From assembly GCA_030704615.1 (NCBI GenBank), contig CM060731.1, positions 29,698,001 through 29,762,000 of the forward strand: a stretch of 64,000 nucleotides of DNA, written 5' to 3'. Each line of letters begins with the position of its first letter. Positions within the stretch are counted from its first letter, which is position 1. Positions 10,744-22,400 of the stretch are shown here, piece by piece. The stretch is from Takakia lepidozioides. Lineage: Eukaryota > Plantae > Bryophyta. The position numbers were made by a program, and so were the translations under genes. The notes beneath the pieces are model-generated. The model was not told where the DNA came from. It searched no databases and saw nothing but the letters and a program-made list of their open reading frames with translations.

Positions 10744-13700
10744 GTGGATTTTGAGATAGTTGGCTCCCTGGATTTGGATCAGGCTTCGTCGCTCGAACAA
10801 ATCGGCACCGCATTCCTTCCCATCGCTGCATCCCCCTTCTACCAGGGAGCTTCCCCGCACGCCATCCTGGCAGTCTTGTGCACATCTCCCATGGCGGAAA
10901 ACCCGAGCGCTACAGTGTACTGCCCTCCTCACGAGCATAGAGCTTCATTTCCGTGCAGAGGGGACATCCGCCGGGTGATGGAGAAATATCTGTGCGTTCG
11001 ATACCACCTGAAACCGGGTCGGTTTTTTTGGAGGAGGAAAGGAAGGACTCAAACGGCCTTGTTGTCGAGAGTATTGTTGTGCTCCACGATGATTTCGGCG
11101 ATGGCAGGGAATGGCGAGTTCCACCATCGACAACGTCATATACAGGGCTGTTGGGGACTTCATTTGCCCGCCAAATGCACCTTCTATCCTGGCGCCTTCC
11201 ACGAAACAATCCGCGAATCAGAGTGGCTACCTCAAAGAGAGAAGTCCGCAACGAAGTAATCCAGAGCCGAACCCATCCATGAAGACGAGCGAGAACCGGT
11301 TTGTTCACAACCTGTCCGACTCAGACGAGGTCATGGAAGTTCCGAGGTCGTCCTGGAGATCAGGCAAGTCCTCAATGGACGTCAGTGGAGGAGGGAGTCA
11401 TATTCCCAGCACGAGCACCGCAGTTCGATCTATTCTTGAAATTCTGCGAGGGCTTCACCTGGAGGGACACCGGTCGGAGCTGGGCCGGGCTGGACTACAG
11501 CAAGTTCGCAATTAAATCGGTTACATGCCTTCCCGCCGACGTCGACGTAAATATCTTCTTTGAGTTCCCTCCTCGGGCGGACTACTCGAGGGCGTCCGGA
11601 ATGTTGACAGATATGGATAGAAACATGACGGTCATCCTTGGTGCGTTACCAAAACCACCAGCATGAAGATGCTCAATGGTGTGCGGGTGCGCTACGTTGT
11701 TTGTGCGGGCGCGTTGCGGTGTTTCTCCCCAACTTGCTTCCACTTTAAATCCAGAGGTCACAGGAACGAGACCGATTGGACAGGCACAGCTCATCAACCA
11801 TTTCGAGCTCAGGAGAGGTTCCGAACTCCACATTTAAGTGTGCGCATTGCAAAGAACCACCACACTGCATGTCTGTTTGTAATGCCAAGCAGTTCTATGT
11901 GTTGCACGTTTCCCTGACCTCACCCGAGCTTGCATACACGTTGGTTCCCATTGTCACAAATTGGCGAGGGGGAACTCGCGGGAGGCTGCCCACGAGCAGA
12001 GCAGCTCGTTCAGGAGGAGGTTAAGTTGAGACCGGGTGCCAAACCCAAACAGATACAGCTCCAAGCCGCCCATAAGATGGCGTTGGCCAGAATTATGTCG
12101 GAAGACGGCTCCGATAGAGTTCCTCTCGATGAGAAGGAAATGGAGGCATTGCTGGAGTCGGTGTCCCACGTATGTTCACCGAATGTCCGAAACCACATTG
12201 TCTCATGCAAACAGAAAATTGGGCGTGGCTCGGATATGCACTCCATTCTGGAGGTGAAGCGACGATGTGGATATGACTACATTCATGGAAGTAGGTTTCC
12301 AGGACAAGGGACTGAGGCAGATCGTTGTTTCGTATTCAAAATGTCCACGTGTGGACCTGGCAGCGGCGTCGAACTGGTCGACAGGATGACGAGTGGGGAC
12401 TTGTCAAACAGTTGGGTCATGTTCGACCATATCAAGCGAATTACAAATCACCAGTGGGTGACAATGGGTGCACATGTCTACGACACCCACTGCAGGATGC
12501 TAATGACAATTGCTATTTGTGAGATGAAAGGAGAGGACACACAATCGGAGATGCTTCTTTGGCAGGGAATAAACGAACAGATGGCCAAGGCGGGATTGCC
12601 CCCTCCCAATTTCCGTGGTTTCATGGCGGACAACGCACAAGCAAATTGGGCTGCCATCCGAAGGGTGTACGGGCAAAGACCCCAATGTTCCCATGGAAGG
12701 CAGGAGAGATCTTGTGGGTTCCATTTTCTGCAGAGCCTTTCGCAGTACACAACCAGGCTCGTGGCGCCAGATTTCAGAGAGGAGCACCGTTCCATGTGCC
12801 TTGCGTGGAAGCGCGCTCCCACCTTGGATGATGCAGAGACACAGTTTGCATGTATACGGGCTTGGTGGACATCGTCAGGTGCTGTAAGAAATCAGACAAG
12901 GAGCAATGGTCAGTTGGCTAGCATGGTGGCATTATCGTTTCCTCCAGTTCGGCGACTATATGCGGGAGGTGAGTTGCACGAATTCGCGTCCCGTTGATAT
13001 TATTCTTGGCCATATTTGTAACTTGCTTGTAACCTCAACATGTGCTTGTGCAGGAAATGTGTCTCGACTCCGACACCGACATGCCACAACAAACATGGCC
13101 GAATCAGTGCACTCTTCCTGGCGTGCTCCTCTGCGGCGCATCTGGTGGACATCCTCACTGCCACAACGGAGACATTGTGAGGTCAATTATGCAGCAATGC
13201 AGGTACAACGAGTTCTTGAAAGGGAAACAGTGGGCTTGGGGCCGGACAGGCAGGAAATGCTGATGCGGACTGCCTCTAGATCAAAGAATCCTCGGAAGTG
13301 GGGCGGCCTTGCGAGAGGGCCTTCGGGACACGCCATTGCTGCGAAGAGGCCAACATTTGGAAGGAGATGTTCATACCCGTCCAGTGAGACGAAGACTTGA
13401 CGAGGCACCTGGCGGAGAAGAGGATTCATGGCGAGCTGACAAGAATATTCGCACGCTCCCTCGTGGTCCGGTGATGTTGCCCGAGGAGGTCTCGTCGAGC
13501 ACCACAAGTCCTGCACGTTCAAGATCGCCATCTCCTTTGAGCACAGGGCGCGTGCCCCGGCAACATAACGAGCCATCTGTAGTAAAGCAGTACACATTCC
13601 ATTGTGGAGACAAGAGTGTCGGAGTCACAGTGGAGAATTGCGAGGATTGCCGACATTTCGAGGGAAGTGCTGCGCCATCCGGTGGAGAGCATGCTGTGTG

Positions 13701-14343
13701 AGATTTTGGTTTGTAGGCACGACATAATGACCTGTGTATTTGGCAAGCCCAAGTACGGGATTCAGGGAATGCCGGAGCCTCTGGCGTCTGGCCTGTTGCA
13801 CCGGGTTGCAGCCTCTCTCAGAATGAGGCGGATGCTCTATCTGCAGCAGGATTTCGAATTTCGGCCCACGCATTTCCGGTTCCTCAGACCCAGCCATTGC
13901 AGACTGCTCGGTCCAGTAGAGACGGATTGGACAATTCTGCACATCCCACAATGCGATTCGGAAGAGTGAAGAGACGACACCCTCCCAACAAGTTGAATGA
14001 GACTCGGATTGCCAATGCTCTTGGGATGGCTTGCACTATTCAGAGCTCCGTGGACGTACCCCCACCCGGCCTTAGGCGTGTGTATCGGATGGCAACGGCC
14101 GGCTCGGCTGTACGCGACGATGTATACACAATTACGATTGGAGTGGAGCCGACTTGCAATTGTACGGACTTCTCGTTGATGGAAGCAAAGAAGGGTTCGA
14201 AGTATTATCCGTGCAAGCATCTGTATTACATTTACCTGAAGAGGTTGAGGATGAACGTGACTATTGATGACTTTATTCATGCACCGGCGTTGAGCGTGAA
14301 CGAGCTGCACAAACTCCTCCTTAGGGATTCCAGAAATCATTGA
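10744..14343 (+). pseudogene. MULE-like transposase of element 2 (N-terminal Cys/His region, DDE core, SWIM), many frameshifts
   Basis: SWVMFDHIKR, GFMADNAQAN, CGFHFLQSL, TTNMAESVH and SWIM TCNCTDF...YPCKHLYY. Its intron (~12969-13052) is at the same position as in transposase 1. The sequence is split over several frames. Confidence 0.8.
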
Positions 14344-14497
14344 TGGGGCAAAGGGAATCCTCCATATGGATATTTTCAATTGCATTTTGCTGTATCAGAC
14401 TTTTTTTTGCAATGTAATGAAATGCACCCCAAAACTCCTGGAATGAGGCAATATTCCATTCAAACTGAGATCCAACAGAAGCAGTTGTGGGGCCATT

Positions 14498-14925
14498 TCT
14501 GGAAAAATGGCGCCGAATTTCTCTTTTTGGGGCCGAAAACTGCTAAGTCCCAACATGCACTGGTACCTGTGTCTGGGAAAATGGCGCCGAATTCTCTTAT
14601 TTGGGCCGAAACTGGCTAGTCCCAACATGCACTGGTACCGTGTCTGGAAAAATGGCGCCGAATTTCTCTTTTTTGGGCCGAAAACTGGCTAAGTCCAACA
14701 TGCACTGGTACAGCTGGAAAAATGGCGCCGAATTTCCCTATTTTGCGCCGAAACTGGCTAAGTCCGAACATGCACTGGAAAAATGGCGCCGAATTACCTG
14801 TCATGAGGGGACCTATAGCCGCGGAATTCGGCACCATTTTTCGCCCAGAGAGACCTATTACCCGAAATACGTCGCCGTTTTTTCAGGTTACGGATCCTAT
14901 TACCGCGAAATTCGGCGCCATATTT
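14498..14925. repeat. ~65-70-bp tandem repeats with CTGGAAAAATGGCGCCGAATT downstream of transposase 2
   Basis: The motif recurs at ~14500, 14575, 14645, 14715 and 14775, and shares its GGCGCCGAATT core with the 4.7-5.5 kb array. Confidence 0.9.
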
Positions 14926-15175
14926 GCACATGTTCGCTGGGAATTGGCATGAGCGGAAGACGAAATATCATGAGCACAACTGTCAAAACTACAATTTTTT
15001 CCTTCAAGGGCCGAATAATATATTTGTTTTTCCTGACACATGCATTGCATTAATTAATTTTTTTTATTTGTTTTTTATTTTCGAAATTTGTACTTCTGCT
15101 CATGAAAACCGATTGTCTTACTACTACTCCTCATGCCGCTCATGCCGCTCATGCTCATGAAATAGCTAACCTCCA

Positions 15176-15578
15176 TATATATACTTCTGTGACTGTCCGC
15201 GGGGGTTCCACAAACAACACCATCTTTTTATGGCGAACCACCACGAAGACCCTCGATTCCCGGTGATAAGTCGCGGTGAGTCTTGGCCCACCCACCACGG
15301 CCCATTGGACCGTGATGAGTCCCAAGACTCCCCACGACTCCCACCACAAGGTCTCCGCCCCATGGGAGTCCTATGCCACCCCCACTAAGTCTCGCTAAGC
15401 TACCACCACCCTTGTGGAGCCACCCCCACCGCAACCCGGTGTGCGGGGCTTCCGCCTAGTGAGCGCCTCGCCACTCAAGGTGCTTCAGCCCCCGCATCTA
15501 TTGTTGCCACCGCCCCTACCACAAGGGCAGCCCCTCTCGTGTCCCGACCCCCTGCCCTCAGGGCAAAGGGCCGCGACA
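15176..15578 (-). mobile_element. Chromovirus 3' LTR, first portion (split by element 2), preceded on minus strand by PPT
   Basis: Closely matches 31516-31895. Begins TGTCGCGG on minus, with the purine tract GGTAGGGGTGTG at 15579-15590 immediately upstream. Confidence 0.85.
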
Positions 15579-16489
15579 CACACCCCTACCAACAGGGAGT
15601 CGATGTCCTCATCGACTTGTCCATTTTGTAGAAACGAACATCCAAGATGTGGCGTCCCACATCAAGGAGCTTGTTTCCGCACCATGGCGTCCCATGGCTA
15701 AGAACCAAACCCCCACTTGACTCTACTCTCCACTAGCTAGTTCGGCCAACTTCCTCCAAGTCCCGGCCAAGGGTGGAGCCTCTCAAGCTCCTCCCGTGCA
15801 CTCTTCTTGGCCCACTTCAAGGCCAAGGAACGATCCTCCCCAAGGATCGAATCACCTTACTGCAACAACATTTGCTTGCGACCGCTCGTGATGCCAATTT
15901 TTTTTTGCATCACCTTGAGCAAGGATTCACCTTGAACCTTTTTTGACTAGGAAGATAACCTTGAACCAACCGTGCGCCCCAATCACTACAATTGGGTCCG
16001 CCCTGGAATGCTGGCCTGAGGTACGGGAACACGCCGAAGCTGCACTACGACTTCGTCCCGAGGCTACACGATTATAGTACGTGAACGGAAGCACGTAGCT
16101 TCCGCATTAGCCTGCACTACAAGGCAACCCCCTCGGTAACGCAGTTATAGTATGCGCACGCGCTAGGTGCGCACTAGCATGTGAACTCCCAAAGGAGGCG
16201 TAAGTTTCATTGCCCCTTGGGTGGGAGTCACCCGATTTTGGCACCGCGCAAACACACGATTAACCCAATTTACCTCTCCCACTTTTGTAAGCTAGCATGC
16301 ATTCTACACACTAGCCAACCATACCATACATCACCATTCCAAACAAAATAGGACGCACAACATTTGGGAAACCATTTCATTTATAACAAAATTTGTACAA
16401 TACAAGTTTTTGCATTCGGATTCCTGAGCTAGCTAAGCCGGGCTAAGCATGCATTTCCTCCCCCACGCTCCAACGTTGATGTCCCCATC

Positions 16490-18044
16490 AACGCTTCTTC
16501 CGCTTTCGAGGTCGTCCTTCGCAAGCTGTAACCGCCTCGGATGCGTTTCCCATTTCTGAGGCACGCACCCAAGATGCCTCCACATGATGATAGCCCTTCT
16601 ATTTCACGAGATACTCCGTTTCTTGATTCTTGAACCGGCTCGACTTAAGCACTGCCTCCACCTCGTACTTAGGTTCATTTTCATGATCTAACAGCACAGG
16701 TGGTGGACGCAACATTTGATGCCGATTCGGACGCGCTTCATCTTGAAGTAAGGCTTCAAAAGGGAGACGTGGAATATCGGATGCACCTTGCTATTTGCCG
16801 ACAGCTCCAATTCGTACACATCCTCATTCATAACCTTCCGGATGCGAAAGGGCCCCGCATACGGAGGTACGAACTTCGGACTCACTTCCGGAGGTAGTTG
16901 AAAATTCTTGATGTTCAACCAGACCTCCGTGCCTGCCTCAAACTTAACCTCCCTCCACTTCCGATTCGCCTGCCGTTCATACCGTTTCCTAGCTTTGGCA
17001 ATGTTGTACTTTGCGAGCTTCAACAAACGCTCGCGTTCTTCCACCACTGCCGCTGCTGCCGGTTCCTCAACGTCTTGGGCGGCCTAACTTGTCTTGTCGG
17101 CACCAGAGTGCTTTTCCATAAACCAATACGAAGGGGGAAAATCCCGTTGCGGAATGTTTTGTGTTATTATAACAAAACTCTACCGCATCCAAGTGCTCCA
17201 TCTAGTCCGATTGGTCTGCCGACACGTAATTCCGCAAGATCTGCTTCACCACGGAATTCACCCTTTCCGTTTGGCCGTCCGTCGTAGGTCAGAAGGCGGT
17301 GCTCATTTTGAGCCTCATCCCCATTTTCTTTCAAAGTGCCCTCCAAACCTTATTTGTAAACTTTGGATTACGGTCCGAGACAATATCCTTCGGGAGTCCA
17401 TGATGCTTGAAGACGTGGGCGAAGTAAAGTCGCCCCATCTCCTGCGCCGTTGCCGTTTCCTTGGTGGGGATGAAATGGCCCATTTTACTGAACCTATCCA
17501 CCACCACCATGATTGCATCGAATCCTTTTGACAGCGGCATAGCAGTCATGAAATCCATCGAGACCTTTCCCAAGACCCCCTCTGGAATCGGCAAGGGTTG
17601 TAACAGCCCCGCTTGCTTTTTGTACTCGCTCCGGTTTTGTTGGCATGTGCATGTCTTGACATACTCCTTCTCCTCGGCCTCCCCTCCCTCAGTTTTGGGC
17701 CAGAAATACTCTTTCTTCAAGAGTGCCACGGTGCGCTTGGCTCCACCGTGGCCTGCAAGTGGACCATCATGACATTCTCTTAAGAGACTATCTCTGATCC
17801 CTCCCTTCGGCACATAGAGACGTTTTTGCTTGTACCGGAGCAGTCTATTTTGCAAGTGGAACTACGATTTAACCCCCATCCTCAAGTCCTGCATCACGGA
17901 CTTCGCCATCTCATCCTTCCGGTAAGCCTTCCGGATCTTCCTTTGGAGCGCCGTCTCTCCCCTATACACCATCATGAGCTGCTGCTTTCTACTTAAAGCA
18001 TCGGCCACCACATTGTCTCGTCCCGGTTTGTACTGGATATCCAC
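16490..18044 (-). pseudogene. Ty3/gypsy pol 3' part: end of RNase H, integrase (H2C2, rve, GPF) and chromodomain; frameshifted
   Basis: DIQYKPGRDNVVADALSR; ECHDGPLAGHGG; SMDFMTAMP...VVVDRFSKMGHFIP; IVSDRNPKF; YAGPFRI...VHPIFHVSLLKP; YEVEAVL...YLVKYKGY (chromodomain). Confidence 0.9.
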
Positions 18045-18600
18045 GTCCTGCGAGGGCTTTCAATTTTGGAATAACGCGCGTTATCTCTTGCAATTCGTCA
18101 TCATCCAATGACGGAGTCTGCACTGGCGGAGGAATCTCAGAAACATCCTCCGAGGACGAGTCTGAAAGAGTCACGAAGGTAGTGGATGTGCTCACCTCTT
18201 GTTTCACAGGAACTGTGCCCTTCTGTTGCACGACCGATGCTGCAGTGCCAGGGGTAACGACCGATCCTGCTGATTGTCTTCTCTCTTTTCCAAGGACACG
18301 GTATGTGCCTGGAAGGACTCTCCACTTCCTTCCACACTTGCCAACCAATGGTTTCTCCAAGTGCCCAGAATCCAAATTCCCATCCTCGTCATACACCTCT
18401 TTTTGAACAAGGAGAGAACCCAACTCCAGCGGGAACACTGTAACCAGCTCATCCTCATGAACAACTGCAAACCCATCGTCGTCTGCAGTGGCAGTCAGTG
18501 GAAGAGTACCTGCATTGGAATGGAATCGAGCAAGTGTATCTCGCTCCCTCGACATGTTTTCCCTCACTGAACGAAAGTTTCGGAATCCTCGAACTGATAG
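18045..18600 (-). CDS. 5' fragment of MULE transposase (probably the N-terminus of transposase 1), truncated at the junction with gypsy integrase
   Basis: FPLELGSLLVQKEVYDEDG...GRKWRVLP aligns with transposase 2 N-terminus IPPETGSVFLEEERKDSNG...GREWRVPP (10980-11120). It lies head-to-head with the cargo gene, as in element 2. Confidence 0.65.
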
Positions 18601-19499
18601 CCCGCAATTACCGAAAGGGGAATTAAGACAAGCAAACCGAGGTCAACAAGGGTAGCTCCAATCCAAAGGTTGCAGGTGATGCATGCAAAGGATGTAGGAT
18701 GAGATGCACCTTCACTTCGGAAACAGCAACGCCAAGAGGCACTAACCAGAAAAATTGTTTTCAAATACTACAAGAAGCCGTGCTGTTTATGGATGAAAAC
18801 AAACACTGAAAACGACATGAAACCATCCATTATGAAAAGACGGCAACAACCCTGGAGAGCAGTAAACAGGAAGACCACAAATGTCATGAGGTTGTGCTGT
18901 GCCAGAAGAGCACAACACAAACACTGACACTGCAGAAGATACCTCGCACGAATGCGTGCCAGACATGGTCGTATCCGACAGAACCCTTTATGCCGAATGA
19001 CCCCATGGCGACGGTTACGGTAAAATGCAAACCACAGGGTAGGCAGTACAACACACGTGGATGCATATGTGAAGCATAACAATTATTGCGGATCTGCAAG
19101 AACTGCTCGAAAATGAACTAGCATTAGATTTCTACGGCACATCCGAATTTGAAAGAAAGCAAGAAGGCCGCGGTGTATTGGCAGGCGGCGCAGTACATCT
19201 GACATATATCGCTAGTGCATGCAACGGATGTACTTTTTTTCTAGCGCTTTATTGCTTGGATAATACGGAGACGACGGAATGGATGAATTCCGTTCGCACA
19301 CATAACAACACCCGCATCCAAATATGGTTGACAACGTCCAATTTCGATTTTGGTTACATGCCATAGCAGCACTTGTTACAACGTCAAACTGGAGAGCTCT
19401 AGAGGCATCGTGGGGAGCCCTTGTTTCCAGCGGAGGAGGAAGAGAAGGAAGTCACTATACTTCACGAGCTCTAGAAACAGGAATAGAGCCAGAGATAGA

Positions 19500-22400
19500 A
19501 TGAGGATGGAAAGAGTGGACGAAGAGGAAAAGGAGGTAGAAGAGGGAGTAGAGGAAAGTGTGGCGATGGAGGAGCAGGAATCAGCAGAAGAACAGCAGCC
19601 CGCCATAGTTCCAAGAACATGAAGAGGACACCGCATCTGAGGGAGAGACAGACGAGATGGAAGATGTTGAAGGTGGCCTCACGAGGAGTCTGCCTGCGGG
19701 AAAGAGGAAGGGGGAGAGGCTCACGTACACGCTCGGCGCAGAGAGCAGCCCGAAGCGCAAAGGGTCCCCGGCAATTGGGGAGTCTTCTGGAGCAGCCAAG
19801 AAAAAGGTGAAATCTTTAAGACCCACATTTGTGTTTCGTTGCTGATATGAAATAGCCCACACAGGACATCTGCACCAGGCTGAAAGCACCGCAAACTGGA
19901 AGCCCAAACAGTGTGCGGCAACGCACACTGTTTGGGCCTACCAATTTGCTTGATTGTTCAGGTGCGAAACGCCCAAACTTGGGCACTACAGCAGGTTCAA
20001 TACAACCCAAATTGCAAGCTCAATCAGTGTGAGTTGAGCTGAACATTTCACTGTTGTTTCCATCTGGATATCGGTTTTCCAGGATATGTATGTCAGGACG
20101 AGAGAACCCTTCAGTGGCAGCTCAAACATGTGCGTTGGCGCACACTGTTTGAGCTCTACATGTCACGGTTTTCTCCGTGTTGAATTCGCCCAGATGATGA
20201 AATAACCATTCAGTGGCAGCTCAAACAGTGTGCACATGTTGTTTTTTTCCGATTGAAATTCGGCATTTAGGGCACGTTTCTGAGAATGAAAGAATGGCAG
20301 CTCAAACAGTGTGCGTCAACGCACACTGTTTGAGCTCATGTCACTGTTTTTTGGTGTTAAATTTGGACTTCCAGGGCAGTTTATGATGATGAAATAACCA
20401 TTCAGTGGCAGCTCAAACAGTGTGCGTTGGCGCACACTGTTTGAGCTGAACATGTAAGTGTTTTTTGATTGAAATTCGGACTTCCAGGGCAGGTTTATGA
20501 TGATGAAATAACCATTCAGTGGCAGCTCAAACAGTGTGCGTTGGCGCACACTGTTTGAGCTGACATGTAAGTGTTTTTTCCGAGTTAAATTCGGCATTTA
20601 GGGCACGTTTCTGAGGATGAAAGAATCCCTCACTGGCAGCTCAAACAGTGTGCGTCAACGCACACTGTTTGAGCTGTACATGTCACTGTTTTTTTGGTGT
20701 TAAATTCGGACTTCCAGGGCAGGTTTATGATGATGAAATAACCATTCAGTGGCAGCTCAAACAGTGTGCGTTGGCGCACACTGTTTGAGCTGAACATGTA
20801 AGTGTTTTTTCCGATTGAAATTCGGCATTTAGGGCACGTTTCTGAGGATGAAAGAACAGTGTGCGTCAACGCACACTGTTTGAGCTACATGTCACTGTTT
20901 TTTTGTGTTAAATTCGGACTTCCAGGGCAGGTTTTTGATGATGAAATAACCATTCAGTGGCAGCTCAAACAGTGTGCGTTGGCGCACACTGTTTGAGCTG
21001 AACATGTAAGTGTTTTTTCCGATTGAAACATTTAGGGCACGTTTCTAGGATGAAAGAATCCCTCACTGGCAGCTCAAACAGTGTGCGTCAACGCACACTG
21101 TTTGAGCTGTACATGTCACTGTTTTTTTGGTGTTAAATTCGGACTTCCAGGGCAGGTTTATGATGATGAAATAACCATTCAGTGGCAGCTCAAACAGTGT
21201 GCGTTGGCGCACACTGTTTGAGCTGAACATGTAAGTGTTTTTTCCGATTGAAATTCGGCATTTAGGGCACGTTTCTGAGGATGAAAGAATCCCTCACTGG
21301 CAGCTCAAACAGTGTGCGTCAACGCACACTTTGAGCTGTACATGTCACACTGTTCGAACTCACCTTTTCACTTTTTTCATCCGAAATCGGCCGCATATCT
21401 TGGAGTTTACAATGAACACTTACCTGCACAAGTAGATGTTCAATGATCATTTACCTGGCAAGTGAAACAGTGTGCGTCAACGCACACTGTTTGAGCCCAC
21501 TTTTACATTGTCTTTTCTGTGGAATTCGGCAACATAGGACATGTCTGTGAGGGTCAATGTACACTTACCTGGCAGCTTAAAATAGTGTGCGTCAACGCAC
21601 ACTCTTTGAGTCCACTTTTTCATGCCTCAGCCGACGTTTCATGCCTCTCTAATATCAAGTTGAATGAACAACCCTGCAGGAGAAGATGCAAAGTGTGGCA
21701 GATGAGGTCCCTTCGGGTCAGGAGAAGGAGATAATTGTTGATGTGGACGATGAGTTCTATGAAAGCAAAGCCGCTGAGATGCTGGGGGTCAGAAGGTAAA
21801 CTCTCAGCTTGTGGTGCAAAGTATGCTTGCCCCGGGTGGGAGGTTGAAGATTCCCCTGTGTAGGTTGGTTTCCATGCCCGTCGTTCGTTACACCCCTCGT
21901 CAAGGACATTCTCAAGCTGGAGGCCGAGTTTGTGCATGGGTATTTGGATGGATCCGCAGTCTTTTACGTTTCTACTAGGGATTCCAAAGGTAATGAGCTC
22001 CTCGTGGATGAGTCAATCGTGGACTCCTGGGACCCCATTTGGAGACAGCTGAACGAATCCTTCGAACTTCTTCTCTCCAGGAAACCTTCCACCCAGGCAT
22101 TCTCGGGAAAGATGTTTCACGTTTGGGATGGGAACCACCGCTTGCTTGCATGGATGGCTGTCATTGGGAGGCTGCACTCACAGAAGGAAGAGTGGCATTA
22201 CTCTGTTCGATCGATGGTGCTGGATTGTGACGGAACATGATGGGTCTTCTGACGGCAATGAATGATGTGAACAGGTTGGTTTCTCATTCTACATGTTCCA
22301 CTTGTGGTTCCGTTCTTCTTTGATTGAAGACCTTGAATTTCATTCTGACTTACAGATATCATTCTGCAGAGGAACGGAGACATCGCATGTCAAAACGAGT

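Larger units (their letters stand above)
2801..15175 (+). mobile_element. Element 2 main body (ParB-MTase cargo on minus, palindrome arrays, MULE transposase on plus, right end at 15175)
   Basis: Head-to-head cargo and transposase genes. The right terminus has CTCATG repeats then GCTCATGAAATAGCTAACCTCCA, abutting gypsy LTR sequence at 15176. The left terminus lies inverted at 26940-26998. Confidence 0.75.

Noticed and set aside
19900-21615. CRISPR array (palindromic repeats at regular spacing)
   Set aside because: The intervening sequences are themselves repeated in two alternating types rather than unique spacers. There are no cas genes and the context is a eukaryotic intron.
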